A stretch of 64,000 nt of DNA from an uncultured delta proteobacterium (GCA_963796685.1 CAWCMR010000001.1:93053-157052), one strand, 5' to 3'; counted from the first letter of the stretch, positions 40,171 through 49,920 are shown. Numbers and translations are program-made. The notes: generated from the letters alone by a model not told the origin.

Positions 40171-40188
40171 TTGTTACACGAATGTCAC
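40171..40188 (+). promoter_or_regulatory. Pho-box-like repeat upstream of arsC
   Basis: TTGTTAC-ACGA-ATGTCAC, 11-bp period. Confidence 0.55.
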
Positions 40189-40234
40189 GCTCGTTGAGTT
40201 TGCCTCAGAGCACTCATAGGGGGAGACTGATGTC

Positions 40235-40690
40235 ATGAGTGATCCAATCAAGGTATTGTTTGTCTGCATCCACAACGCCGCGCGGAGCCGGATGGCGGAA
40301 GCGTTGCTGCGCAGTCTTGGTGGGCCGAGATTCGAGGTCACAAGCGCCGGCTACGAGCCCCACGAGGTCAACCCGCTCGTCGTCGAAGCGTTGCATCTCA
40401 CCGGGCTTTCTGTCGCCCACCCCGGTCCGCAGCCTTCGGTTTTCGATTTGTTCAAGGCGGGCAAGATGTTCGCGTACGTCATCTCCGTTTGCGATGACGA
40501 GCACGACCAAAAGTGTCCGATCTTCGCTGGCGTCACTCAACGAATCTCATGGACTTTTCCGGATCCAAGCACCTTTGCAGGCAGTCATAGAGAGCGCCTC
40601 GCGCGCGTGGTCGAGGTTCGGGAGGCGATCCGCGAGCGCGTCGAGACATGGCTTAGGACCCTCGACATCACCCCGACCCCGACGATGTGA
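40235..40690 (+). CDS. arsC: Arsenate reductase ArsC/LMW phosphatase
   Basis: FVCIHNAARSRMAEA P-loop; VC..CP pair; WTFPDP. Confidence 0.85.
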   Translation: MSDPIKVLFVCIHNAARSRMAEALLRSLGGPRFEVTSAGYEPHEVNPLVVEALHLTGLSVAHPGPQPSVFDLFKAGKMFAYVISVCDDEHDQKCPIFAGVTQRISWTFPDPSTFAGSHRERLARVVEVREAIRERVETWLRTLDITPTPTM

Positions 40691-40861
40691 GCGGACCCCA
40701 ATAGGGATTCGACCAACATGCAGACACGAGCTCTTGCGGGCAAATCATAGACGGCGTCAGGCTCCGTTCACAGCCGCCAAACCCGCGCGCCAGACCCATC
40801 TCGGCGCCATGCGGGCCGGCTCAAATCGATTCCGGACATCCATCTACCCGAGCACCAATGG

Positions 40862-41415
40862 CTACTGGCAGGACCAACTGTACCCGGGGAGGGGATCGGC
40901 GCTGCATGTGCGTCCGTTTGGACAGCTGCCAAAGCATGAGAACACCGGCGCGGGATCGCTGGGCGAGGGAAGCCCAGCGACTGTCTCTCCACACAACTTG
41001 CCAACGCAAGCCTGGTCGGGCATGCAGGCCATCATCCACCTTCCATCCGAGGGTCTGGAGTAGTTGGAGCATGGCAGCTCACCATATCCAGCGTCCGCGT
41101 GGGGCACCTGCCCCGGCACGATTGTCCGCAACCGTTGAGCTCGCCGCAGGTGTCGGTCGGGCACGTCGGATCGCACTCGCAGGCATAGCCCCACGAATGG
41201 CGGACGCACTGATTTCCTGTCGGGCAAGTCTCGCAGGTGGCGCCGCAACCGTCGTCTGCACCGCATTTGTTGTCAGCGCAGCTCGGAATGCAGGCTGTGT
41301 CCACTGCCCCGCCCGCGTCCCGGTTGGCCGGCGCGTTCAACGGCGTCTGGCACGCGGTGATCGCCGCGCACCATGCGACCGCGAATAGGGTTCCGTGGGA
41401 GAACCTACCGGGCAT
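40862..41415 (-). pseudogene. Cys-rich lipoprotein with a frameshift near 41100
   Basis: Lipobox ITAC; CG.DDGCG..C repeats; the Cys-rich reading continues in a second frame to 40862. Confidence 0.55.
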
Positions 41416-41419
41416 GTCG

Positions 41420-41570
41420 ACCTCGCCTTCTCAAGACGCGTCGACGATGGGCTGAAAATGAGACGTGACCTGGCGCGTGTCGATGATCGCGCGGACAGCT
41501 TCCTCCCGCCAGTCCTCTCGACCCCGAGCCGGCACCTCTTCAGCGATGTCTTCCGTCCAGTCCAAATCGA
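41420..41570 (-). pseudogene. EAL domain N-terminal fragment
   Basis: VRAIIDTRQVTSHFQPIVDAS*EGEV resembles the FQPIV start of EAL domains. Confidence 0.4.
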
Positions 41571-41712
41571 TTCATGGTACGCCTCACGACGTGACGCAAG
41601 TGCGACGGAATGGAAAACCTCGCGGTGCCCCCCGGGAGGCTCGAAAGAGGTGCAGCGGTGCGTGGCGACCGCGGGCGGCAACATCATAGATATGTAGCTT
41701 GCGAATAATCCC

Positions 41713-43036
41713 GGCTCCTCGCTATTTGGAATGGATTGAATTGGGAAATGCACAGGGAAGTCTGAAGTCCAGTTTTGACAGCAGCAGATAAATCACAGTC
41801 TTCATTTTGCGCGCGGAGCGAAAGCCACGCGCCCGCGCCTTGGCCGCCTGGATGAGGCTGTTGAGTCCTTCCAAGAGACCATTCGTCAGGCCTGACATGA
41901 ACCATCTCATCACGCCTGCCTGGTGCGCCTTGAGGGTCTTGGCGGCCCTGATGACGGGTTCCAATCGGCTATGGGTGGCCCAGAAATACCAGCGCTGAAA
42001 CCACGCCTCCGCTTCATCCGCACTCAGGCTATACAACTCCTGTAGCATGAGCTTGATGTGGTAGGCCCGCGCAGTGGCCAATTTGGAGGAGCGCAAGACC
42101 GCGAAGTGCTCCCTGTTCTCGGATTTGATGTTGGCCTCGTTCCTCAGCCAGTCGTGGCGCGTGCCCTTCAACTCCGGAGAGGACTTCTGCTCCTGCCTTC
42201 GCACCTCATCGATTGCGTCGTTCATGAGTTGGATGACATGGAACCTGTCGAAGGTTAGGTGCGCCGCCGGAAACGTCTCCAAGATGCCCTTGATGAATGC
42301 CTGCGACATGTCGAGACTGAAGTCCGTCACCTTCTTCACGTCTCCACCGTGAGCGAGCAGATCGTCCTTGAAACAAGCCACCGTGCCGTGATTTTTCCCC
42401 TCCGTGACGAACAAGACTTTCGCCGCAACCATGTCGGCAAAGACCGTGACATAGACGTGGTTCTTCTGCCGCGAAGTCTCGTCGACGCCAACCTCGGCGA
42501 CCTGGCTGTAGTCGGCTCGCTCACGGGCCTCGTCCACGTAGTGTTCCAGGATGCGCCACAGGAGCGTGTCATGCTCGCCGACGATGCGACCGACCGCCGC
42601 CACCGTGAGGCCGTTGCGTGCCAGTTCCACCACCATCGCCTCGAAGAGAAGGGTGAAGTTCGACCCGCCACGAGCCCATGGCACATCGACCGTCAAGACG
42701 CCGTGCTTGTCACACTTGGTTCGAGGTTGTCTTGCCTCGACATAGGTGAGGTACTGGAAGAAGTTCAGGTGTCGCCATGTCTGCGGCGAGGCATCGTGTA
42801 CCTTGCAAGCATCGCCACACGTAGGGCAAGGGAAGGTGCTCCCCGGCTTGAAGTCGACTTTGATGTCGAGGCGCTTCTTCTCGGCGTCAAGGTTCAGCTC
42901 TACGACCTCCCATGGATTGACCATGCCGAGAGCCACTGTAAAAAGCGCATTGACGTCAAGACCAGAACTTGGATTTTGCACCACGGAAGATTAGCGGAAC
43001 AACCAACCTCGCGTCCATTTTAGACAGCGAGGAGCC
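41713..43036 (-). mobile_element. Complete ISL3-family insertion sequence (1324 bp)
   Basis: Imperfect 23-bp IRs GGCTCCTCGCTATTTGGAATGGA / GGCTCCTCGCTGTCTAAAATGGA; 8-bp target duplication ATAATCCC at 41705-41712 and 43037-43044. Confidence 0.95.
41722..42984 (-). CDS. ISL3 family transposase
   Basis: CPTCG zinc finger, VPWAR, GVDET, DMS, FDRFHV and NGLLEGLNS motifs. Confidence 0.95.
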   Translation of the reverse strand: MVQNPSSGLDVNALFTVALGMVNPWEVVELNLDAEKKRLDIKVDFKPGSTFPCPTCGDACKVHDASPQTWRHLNFFQYLTYVEARQPRTKCDKHGVLTVDVPWARGGSNFTLLFEAMVVELARNGLTVAAVGRIVGEHDTLLWRILEHYVDEARERADYSQVAEVGVDETSRQKNHVYVTVFADMVAAKVLFVTEGKNHGTVACFKDDLLAHGGDVKKVTDFSLDMSQAFIKGILETFPAAHLTFDRFHVIQLMNDAIDEVRRQEQKSSPELKGTRHDWLRNEANIKSENREHFAVLRSSKLATARAYHIKLMLQELYSLSADEAEAWFQRWYFWATHSRLEPVIRAAKTLKAHQAGVMRWFMSGLTNGLLEGLNSLIQAAKARARGFRSARKMKTVIYLLLSKLDFRLPCAFPNSIHSK

Positions 43037-43098
43037 ATAATCCCCCGCGGCCAGAGACTCCGCGCGCATTCAAGGTCAGTCAGACAGAGGAGGTTGCT

Positions 43099-43707
43099 AT
43101 GCCAGGAATCACGAGTGTCGCGCAGGAGTTTGCTGACTTTGCCGCGTGGCTCGGTGAGAAGTCACCAGAGAAGATTCAGCGCATCGGGATGCTGAACAAC
43201 GGATTCGAGGGGTGGCTGAAGCTCGAGTTCTTCTTCTGGCTCACGAGTCATCGACAGGAAATGCTCCGGTCGGCTGGTTCCGATGACGATACTGATGTCG
43301 GGCTTGAATACAACCTCCGTCTTGACCAGCGACACGCCGAGATGGCCCGTGAGACCAAGCGATGCGATCTGTGGATACGCGACTCCTCGGGTGCAAATTT
43401 TCACTACGTCGAGCTGAAGGCGCCATTCGCCAACCTGAATGAGGGCAAGGTTTTGGCGTCCCTCGGAAAGGACTTCTGGTACATGGCGCGAATCCGGAAA
43501 GCGTCGGAGCAGGCTGCAACTGGAAACGCGATCGTCTTCGGAGTTGGCTTCGACGAAAAACGCTGGCGCGATGGCACCAACCGCATCCGCCACTACGCAG
43601 ATCTTCCCGTCGACACGGTTGTATCGGGAGAAGGCGTACTCGGTCATGAAGGCGTGGTACGGTGGTGCGTCTTGACGAAGACGTATTGCGGTGACGGCGA
43701 AGAGTGA
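43099..43707 (+). CDS. Hypothetical protein, possible PD-(D/E)xK nuclease fold
   Basis: GAGGAGG RBS; E..W..E helix followed by CDLWI...YVELK. Confidence 0.55.
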   Translation: MPGITSVAQEFADFAAWLGEKSPEKIQRIGMLNNGFEGWLKLEFFFWLTSHRQEMLRSAGSDDDTDVGLEYNLRLDQRHAEMARETKRCDLWIRDSSGANFHYVELKAPFANLNEGKVLASLGKDFWYMARIRKASEQAATGNAIVFGVGFDEKRWRDGTNRIRHYADLPVDTVVSGEGVLGHEGVVRWCVLTKTYCGDGEE

Positions 43708-44301
43708 ATTGGTGCGAAGACTTTCGGGACGCCTCTCTGGAAGGTCTAGGCCACCGTCGCCAATGGCCAAGCGAGCTCCATGTGGCTCGCTCCCATATCT
43801 TGCATTCCAAGGCGAGAAGGAGACGTCGGGTTGCGTCAGCTGCGCCGGCACGAAGTACTGAGCTCGGCGCGGCGTTGGCAGCGGCGATGTCGGTGGGCGT
43901 GGCGTTGGGGGCGATGGTGCTGGCGTTGGGGCCGGAGGTGGGGTCGGTGGTGGAGGTAGCAAAGGCAGGACTGCAAGCGAAAGCACATGAACACTCGGAC
44001 GTGGGACCACCACTTGTGCAGCCGGTGAACCGGGCGGCGATTGTGGTCTTCGTCTGGCGGCTTCTCGCCTACGCGTCACGCAGGCTCGATGCGCCAGAGC
44101 CCCTGCGAAAATAGATGCCTCCTTACAGCGCCCATCGCACCTGCGAAAGCGGATGCCCAACGTCCGTTTTCACGACATCGTCACCACACTGTTCATGAAC
44201 AGTTCCTTGGCACCGCGGTTTCGCGTGGCATGCACCTCGGCGGTGGAAAAGGGGCGTAGGTGCGCCTCCTTCCCCGCATCTCATCAACCCTCGGAGGTAC
44301 C

Positions 44302-46800
44302 ATGCGCCACACGAAAGCAATCGTCGTACTTTCGCTTTTCCTAGCCACACTGCCCGCCAAGCTCTATGCAAACGGGTCATCCGACCACGACGGCTCGGAC
44401 GACCACGACCGCAAGTCTTGCCGTCTCGGCTCGGAACACGGCGATATTCGGCACGTCATCTACATCCAGTTCGACAATTTGCACCTGACGCGGGACAACC
44501 CGAACGTTCCATCCGATCTGGAACAGCTGCCGCATCTCTATAACTTTCTCAAGGGCGACGGCACGCTTCTGGGGAAGCACTACACCGTGTTGATCTCGCA
44601 CACCGCGGGCGGTATCACGAGCTCGCTCACGGGACTCTATCCTGACCGGATGGGAATCACCGTGTCCAACTCTTACGACTACTACGACCCTGCGACGGGG
44701 ATCCCGACCTATACCTCGGCATTCAAATACTGGACTTCGCCGGTCTCTTCTCCGGTCGATACCAACCCCAACATGATCACGACTGGCGGTAAGAACGCGC
44801 CCGCCCCGTGGGTAACCTACACCCGCGCCGGTTGCGATGTCGGCAACGTCTCGGTCGCAAACACCGTGCTCGAGAATGCGATTGCCGGCGCCTTCAAGGC
44901 CGGGCCGAGCGACCTCTACTACGCCACCGCTATCGGCGACACGAAGATCGATCCCTACAGCACCAGCGGCTTCCACGCCGGTGACACAATCCTCATCGAC
45001 CAGGGCGCGAACCAGGAGGGCGCAACCATCGATCACATCTCTGGCTATTACATGTACCTGACCGCGCCCCTCACCAAGGCGCACGCCCAGGGTGTGGAGG
45101 TCTGGGAACCTGCCAGCGATCCGGTGGCCCACACCGGTGACTTGACGACCATCTTCGGCGCAGGCTCGCCCGAGTGGCAGGAAGGCTTGGCCTCGCAAAC
45201 CGCGCCGTATGGCTCGTCGGCGGCGAACCTCGCCACGACGGACTTCGTCGGGATCGCGGTTCACTGTGCGCAAGGTCGAGCGAGCGTCTGCGCGAGCAAC
45301 ACCAACGCAAAGCCGGATCTGCTCCCCCAGGAGCCAGGTGGCTACAACGGCTACCAAGCGCTGTTCGGTGCAAAGTACGTCAATCCGTCGATCGCGAGCG
45401 GTTCACCGGCCGTAAGCGACGTCTACCGTACGACGCAGATTGCCGACTCCTTCGGACAGCCGGGCTTCCCAGGATTCGACGGGATGTCCGCCGCGACCAC
45501 ACTCGGCTATGTGGCCCAGATGCAGGAAGCCGGCATTCCGGTGACGTATGCCTATATCTCCGACGTTCACGACAACCACACCGGCGGCGGTGCGTACGGC
45601 CCCGGCGAAGCGGGCTACGTTGCGGCGCTAAAGAGCTACGATGACGCTTTCGCGGCGTTCTTCCAGCGTCTGGCCGCAGACGGTATCGACAAGAGCAACA
45701 CGCTGTTCGTTGTCACGGCAGACGAGAACGATCACTACGCCGGTCAGCAGGCGCAAAGCTGCGATGGCGTCAACACGCCATGCCAGTACAACACAGTCGC
45801 AACCAAGCCCTACCACGGCCAATACGACCTGACGAACGCTGGTCAAAGCGTCTCGACCTGGACCGGACCTTCGGTCTGGCCGCCCGCGGGCACGAATGGG
45901 CCGCTCGTTGGCGAGGTCGGCTACAATCTGTCCTGGCTGCTCGGCAGCAAGATCGACAACACCAGCTACGACATCTCGTTCGATTCGGCGCCAAGCTTCT
46001 ACGTCGACGGGCAGCCGCAGGCCGTGGACGCGAGCGGCAACGTCGTCGTGAATCCGGTGCTACGCGACTTCGAGCACGCCGCCGCCAACTTGAAAGCGTT
46101 CGACCCGTACCTGGATTCGACGCAGCTCACACCGGTCGCACGTTACCTGGTGGACGCCCCGACGCTGAAAGCCCTGCACATGATCGACGCCGATCAGCAG
46201 CGGACGATGTCGTTCACGATGTTCTCGCAACCGGACTATTACTTCCAGACCTACAGCCCGTGTTCGGGCAAGAGTCAGGGCTGTCTCAATGATAGCTACG
46301 CTTGGATCCATGGCGACTACGCGAACGATGTCGGGCAAACCTGGCTGGGCATGGTCGGCCCAGGCGTCAAGGACGGTGGGATCAACGACTCGGTCTGGAC
46401 AGACCATACGGACATCGTCCCCACCGTGAACACGCTGCTCGGTCTGACGCCGGACTATCAGCCTGACGGCCGCGTCGTCACGCAGATCCTGAAGCCATCG
46501 GTGGCGGAGGACGGCAATAGCGAGTCGCTCACGGAGCTGGGCGACCTCTACAAGCAGTTGAACGCACCTTACGGTGACTTCGCGCACTCGTTGATCGTCG
46601 CCTCGACGAACGCCATCAAGAGCGACGATGGACCGTACTTATCGATGGAGCAGCAAATCCAGCAACTGGCGTATCAGCGCGACGCACTCGTCCAGCGGAT
46701 GAAGGACATACTCGACGGCTCTCACCGCGGAAACCGCGAGCAGCCAATGCGGCAGGGCCGCGAGCTGCTCAAGGCGGCACGGGCGTTGGCCAACTTGTAA
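44302..46800 (+). CDS. Secreted alkaline-phosphatase-superfamily protein
   Basis: Signal peptide; HVIYIQFDNLH, ISHT, YISDVHD, VTADENDH, WIHGD and DHTDIVPT motifs. Weak 11-bp repeats (TTCAC/GTCAC) upstream at 44169-44184. Confidence 0.7.
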   Translation: MRHTKAIVVLSLFLATLPAKLYANGSSDHDGSDDHDRKSCRLGSEHGDIRHVIYIQFDNLHLTRDNPNVPSDLEQLPHLYNFLKGDGTLLGKHYTVLISHTAGGITSSLTGLYPDRMGITVSNSYDYYDPATGIPTYTSAFKYWTSPVSSPVDTNPNMITTGGKNAPAPWVTYTRAGCDVGNVSVANTVLENAIAGAFKAGPSDLYYATAIGDTKIDPYSTSGFHAGDTILIDQGANQEGATIDHISGYYMYLTAPLTKAHAQGVEVWEPASDPVAHTGDLTTIFGAGSPEWQEGLASQTAPYGSSAANLATTDFVGIAVHCAQGRASVCASNTNAKPDLLPQEPGGYNGYQALFGAKYVNPSIASGSPAVSDVYRTTQIADSFGQPGFPGFDGMSAATTLGYVAQMQEAGIPVTYAYISDVHDNHTGGGAYGPGEAGYVAALKSYDDAFAAFFQRLAADGIDKSNTLFVVTADENDHYAGQQAQSCDGVNTPCQYNTVATKPYHGQYDLTNAGQSVSTWTGPSVWPPAGTNGPLVGEVGYNLSWLLGSKIDNTSYDISFDSAPSFYVDGQPQAVDASGNVVVNPVLRDFEHAAANLKAFDPYLDSTQLTPVARYLVDAPTLKALHMIDADQQRTMSFTMFSQPDYYFQTYSPCSGKSQGCLNDSYAWIHGDYANDVGQTWLGMVGPGVKDGGINDSVWTDHTDIVPTVNTLLGLTPDYQPDGRVVTQILKPSVAEDGNSESLTELGDLYKQLNAPYGDFAHSLIVASTNAIKSDDGPYLSMEQQIQQLAYQRDALVQRMKDILDGSHRGNREQPMRQGRELLKAARALANL

Positions 46801-46831
46801 GCATCAGCTCGACAGCGCGAGGACAGCCGAA

Positions 46832-46856
46832 CAGGGCCAGGGCAACACTGGCCCTG
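46832..46856 (+). terminator. Hairpin after the phosphatase-like gene
   Basis: CAGGGCCAG / CTGGCCCTG inverted repeat. Confidence 0.4.
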
Positions 46857-46945
46857 CGGGTGCTGACCGTAGAGCCGAGCCGAACCGCCGTGATACCTGT
46901 GACGGAGTTTCAGCCAAAATCCGCGTCGCACCAAGACGCCCAACT

Positions 46946-46992
46946 CGGCTTGTCACGCCGGAGGCCGCGGGTTCAAGTCCCGTCCACCCCGC
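46946..46992 (+). other. 3' half of tRNA-Asp(GTC), probable attachment site
   Basis: Anticodon arm CGGC-TTGTCAC-GCCG, T arm GCGGG-TTCAAGT-CCCGT and 3' acceptor strand are present; 5' acceptor and D arm are absent. Confidence 0.8.
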
Positions 46993-46996
46993 TGAG

Positions 46997-47025
46997 GCCC
47001 CTTCGGAGAAATCCGGAGGGGTTTC
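46997..47025 (+). terminator. Hairpin after the tRNA fragment
   Basis: CCCCTTCGGA-GAAA-TCCGGAGGGG followed by TTT. Confidence 0.6.
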
Positions 47026-47115
47026 GCCTATTTAGGCCGTAGTTCCCGACTGGGAAGCGTCGGCGCGATCCGCCGTTTTGGCGCGGCCTTGCCGACGACC
47101 CGCTCGATCGCGGCG

Positions 47116-48336
47116 TCAGACGAAATAGGTGAAAGCATCGCCCGCCGAGGCGATGAGCAACTCCACGCCTCCCTCCGTGTACATGCGGAAGCAACCGGGC
47201 TTGGACACCAGTTGCATGGCACGGCGGCAGCCGAGCTGGCCAAGGAACTTTCTCCAGTGCCGAAGAGGTTCGGTGTCGCTGAGCTTCGCCTCGACCGGCA
47301 GCCACGGCTTGCCATCGCGAACGATCAAGAAGTCGATCTCCTCCTTCTCCTTGTTGCGGAGATATCGGAGATCGAATGTCCCTTCGCCGCTGTCAGTCCA
47401 GAAGTCGCACGCCTTGCGCAGGTGAACTGCCACCAAATTCTCGAAGCGCGCCCCCGGATCCTGCACCTCGCTCCAATCCCACAGGTAGAGCTTGCTCTCG
47501 CGTTTCAGGCTGCGGGACACCGAGCGCGTGTAGGGCTTGAGCTCGAAGGTGTAGTAGAGCTCTGCCAAGAGGCCGAGCCAGCGTGTGACCGAGTCGAAGC
47601 TCACCTCAAGATCCTCGCGCAACGAAGCACGCGAGAGCGGCGAGCCAACCCGCTCCGGCAATAGAGAGGCCAGCATCTCGACCCGGCTCAATTCCGGGAT
47701 GCGAGACAGGTCGCGCAGATCTTCGCGAAGCACTTTCTCGATCCGACTTCGCTGCCATACCCGTGCTTTGCGCTCGTTGGCGGACAGGAACGGTTCGGGA
47801 AATCCGCCGTAGCGCAGGAGGGGCGCGATCGGATCTTCCTTCGCCGGGGTCGTCGCGTGGGCGAAGAGCGCGCCGATCCGTTCATCGGGCTCGCTGGGCA
47901 GCGATACAGCCGCCAACTCCGCAACCGAGAGCGGATGCAGATGGAAGTGGAGCGCCCGACCGAGCAGGCTGTCACCGCCCTTCTTGTACACGTTGAGACG
48001 CGCACTGCCCGTTACGATCAAATCGAACGGCTCTTCGCGCGTGTCGTACATGCCCTTCAGCGTCCGCTTCCATCCTCGGGCTTTATGAATCTCGTCGAGC
48101 ACGACCAGGGGAACCACGGACGATGTGGTGAGGCCGGCCGTAACCGCCGCGGGCTCCTTGGTCCACACGCGACGGAAGCCGACATCATCCCAGTTGTGGT
48201 AGGCGCCAACCTTCCGCTCGGAAAGTAGCATCTTTCCAAGCGTGGTCTTGCCGCATTGACGTGGCCCTGACACCAGCGCCATCTTGTAGTCCGAGAAGGC
48301 CAACTCTCTGATGGGTACTGCCAGGCGGCGTTCCAT
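47116..48336 (-). CDS. AAA_14 ATPase with DUF4143 domain
   Basis: GPRQCGKTT, VLDEIHK, TGSA, GGFPE, KLYLWD and EIDF...VEAK motifs. Confidence 0.9.
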   Translation of the reverse strand: MERRLAVPIRELAFSDYKMALVSGPRQCGKTTLGKMLLSERKVGAYHNWDDVGFRRVWTKEPAAVTAGLTTSSVVPLVVLDEIHKARGWKRTLKGMYDTREEPFDLIVTGSARLNVYKKGGDSLLGRALHFHLHPLSVAELAAVSLPSEPDERIGALFAHATTPAKEDPIAPLLRYGGFPEPFLSANERKARVWQRSRIEKVLREDLRDLSRIPELSRVEMLASLLPERVGSPLSRASLREDLEVSFDSVTRWLGLLAELYYTFELKPYTRSVSRSLKRESKLYLWDWSEVQDPGARFENLVAVHLRKACDFWTDSGEGTFDLRYLRNKEKEEIDFLIVRDGKPWLPVEAKLSDTEPLRHWRKFLGQLGCRRAMQLVSKPGCFRMYTEGGVELLIASAGDAFTYFV

Positions 48337-48755
48337 GGCAGACCATACTACGATCTGATCGGAGTTTGGTCGAGACGGTATCTCGGCCAAACTTCGACAT
48401 GATCGACGTTTGGTCAGGTCGTGCCCGGCAACGCCTCCCCGCCGATAGCCACGAACGACAAGCTCGGCTGCAAGGACCTGGATTCCGGGACTGCTCACAG
48501 GCACTCGGCGCTGTTGGCACGCATTTGTCACAACTGCAGGGAACCCGGTGGAACGAGAGGTGACGCGCTGGACAGAGAGGGGAGTCGCGTCGAGCCTCGG
48601 ACCAAAATCCTGAGGAAACTCGGCGGAGCCGGCTCGAATTCGAGTAGGAAAGGCATCCTTCTCGACGGCACCCTGGAACACTCCCGCATCATTCGGCGGT
48701 TGACCACCGGATGTACATGGTCATTATGATCATAACGATCGCCATTGAGGACCCC

Positions 48756-49058
48756 ATGATCACCGAAACCAACGCTGTAACCTTTCGCCAAAACCTTGGC
48801 GAGATGATCAACCAGGTGCAGTTTCGCCGGGACACCATCGTCATCAAAAAGGACGGCAAGGCGGTGGCGGCACTTGTCGATGCCCGGCTGTTCGAACGTA
48901 TCCGCCAGATGCGAGAACGCTTTGATAGCCTGGCCGGGCGGCTTGCCCATGCCTACACGAATGTGCCTGAACAGGAGGGATTGGCGGAGATCGATCGCGT
49001 CGTTGCTAAGGTCCGAGGCGAGGCGCCTTCCAAGCCTGCCCGCTCAAAGAAGGGCTGA
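48756..49058 (+). CDS. Phd/YefM family antitoxin
   Basis: FRQNLGEMINQV...IVIKKDGKAVAALV. Confidence 0.85.
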   Translation: MITETNAVTFRQNLGEMINQVQFRRDTIVIKKDGKAVAALVDARLFERIRQMRERFDSLAGRLAHAYTNVPEQEGLAEIDRVVAKVRGEAPSKPARSKKG

Positions 49059-49061
49059 CCC

Positions 49062-49478
49062 CTGCCAAGCCTGCGCATCGTTCTGGACACCAATGTTTTG
49101 GTGTCAGGTTTGGCGTACCCTGGCAGCATTCCTGGTCGCATCGTCGGGGCGTGGCGGCAGGGGGCCCTTGAGGTAGTCCTGTCGCGCTACATTCTCGACG
49201 AGCTTTCGCACGTGCTCCCGCGTCTCAACCATCGGCTGAATTGGCAGCCTGCCGACCTTTCCGACCTGATAGACATACTGGCCCTGGAGGGAGAACTGGT
49301 CGAGCCACTGGCCCCGGGCAAGAAGCTCCCTCGGGACGTGAAGGATGTGCCCGTACTCGGTACACTGCTTGCCGCAAAAGCCGACTACCTGGTTACAGGC
49401 GACAAGGATCTGCTTGTCCTTGCCGCGCGCTACCCCATCGTTACCCCCGCCGATTTCTGGCAACGCCACGGCGGTTGA
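49062..49478 (+). CDS. PIN-domain toxin (no canonical start codon)
   Basis: RIVLDTNVLVS, RDVKD and LVTGDKDLL motifs. Only CTG codons (49062, 49071) precede the DTN motif. Confidence 0.8.
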   Translation: MPSLRIVLDTNVLVSGLAYPGSIPGRIVGAWRQGALEVVLSRYILDELSHVLPRLNHRLNWQPADLSDLIDILALEGELVEPLAPGKKLPRDVKDVPVLGTLLAAKADYLVTGDKDLLVLAARYPIVTPADFWQRHGG

Positions 49479-49760
49479 TGGCCCGCCTCAAGGTGCCGGG
49501 ACGCACAGGAAGCCTCGGCGAAGCACGACTCGTGGCGAGCAGCGGATGCCTGCCCGTGTAGGTCGAGGGCGATGGCCTCATGAGAATCACCGGGCAGCGC
49601 TCTCCCCAAAGACATCGCCTCAGACTCTGGCACGAATCGTGAGGATGAGTATCTTGAAGCGACTAGAAAGCAACACGCCTGATTCAGTCGAGCTCGAGCT
49701 GCCACCGTCAGACGTACGGGCGACCGCTGGTTGTCTTGAGCTCGAGATGCCTGGAAGAAG

Positions 49761-49920
49761 ATGCCCGTGGCCGACCACCACGTGGTTCGCGTGCAGGCCG
49801 CCGACGGCCGGGTGCTGGAGCTGAGCCCTGGACACCCCACCGCCGGCGGCCGCACGTTCGGCGACCTACGACCTGGCACCCGGCTCGATGGCGCCGCCAT
49901 CGTATCGGTCGACCTTGCCG
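49761..49920 (+). pseudogene. Hint-domain fragment
   Basis: HHVVRVQAADGRVLELSPGHPTAGGRTFGDLRPG resembles the Hint B-block (T/SxxH) region; both ends are missing. Confidence 0.5.

Noticed and set aside
43704-44114. 136-aa ORF overlapping the stop of the upstream gene
   Set aside because: No recognisable motif; its low-complexity middle reads equally as Gly-rich or Pro-rich debris in other frames.
44207-44224. Sigma-54 promoter TGGCAC-N5-TTTC
   Set aside because: Lacks the invariant GC at -12 with correct spacing.
46900-46992. Complete tRNA-Asp gene
   Set aside because: No D arm or 5' acceptor strand; reported as a fragment/att site instead.
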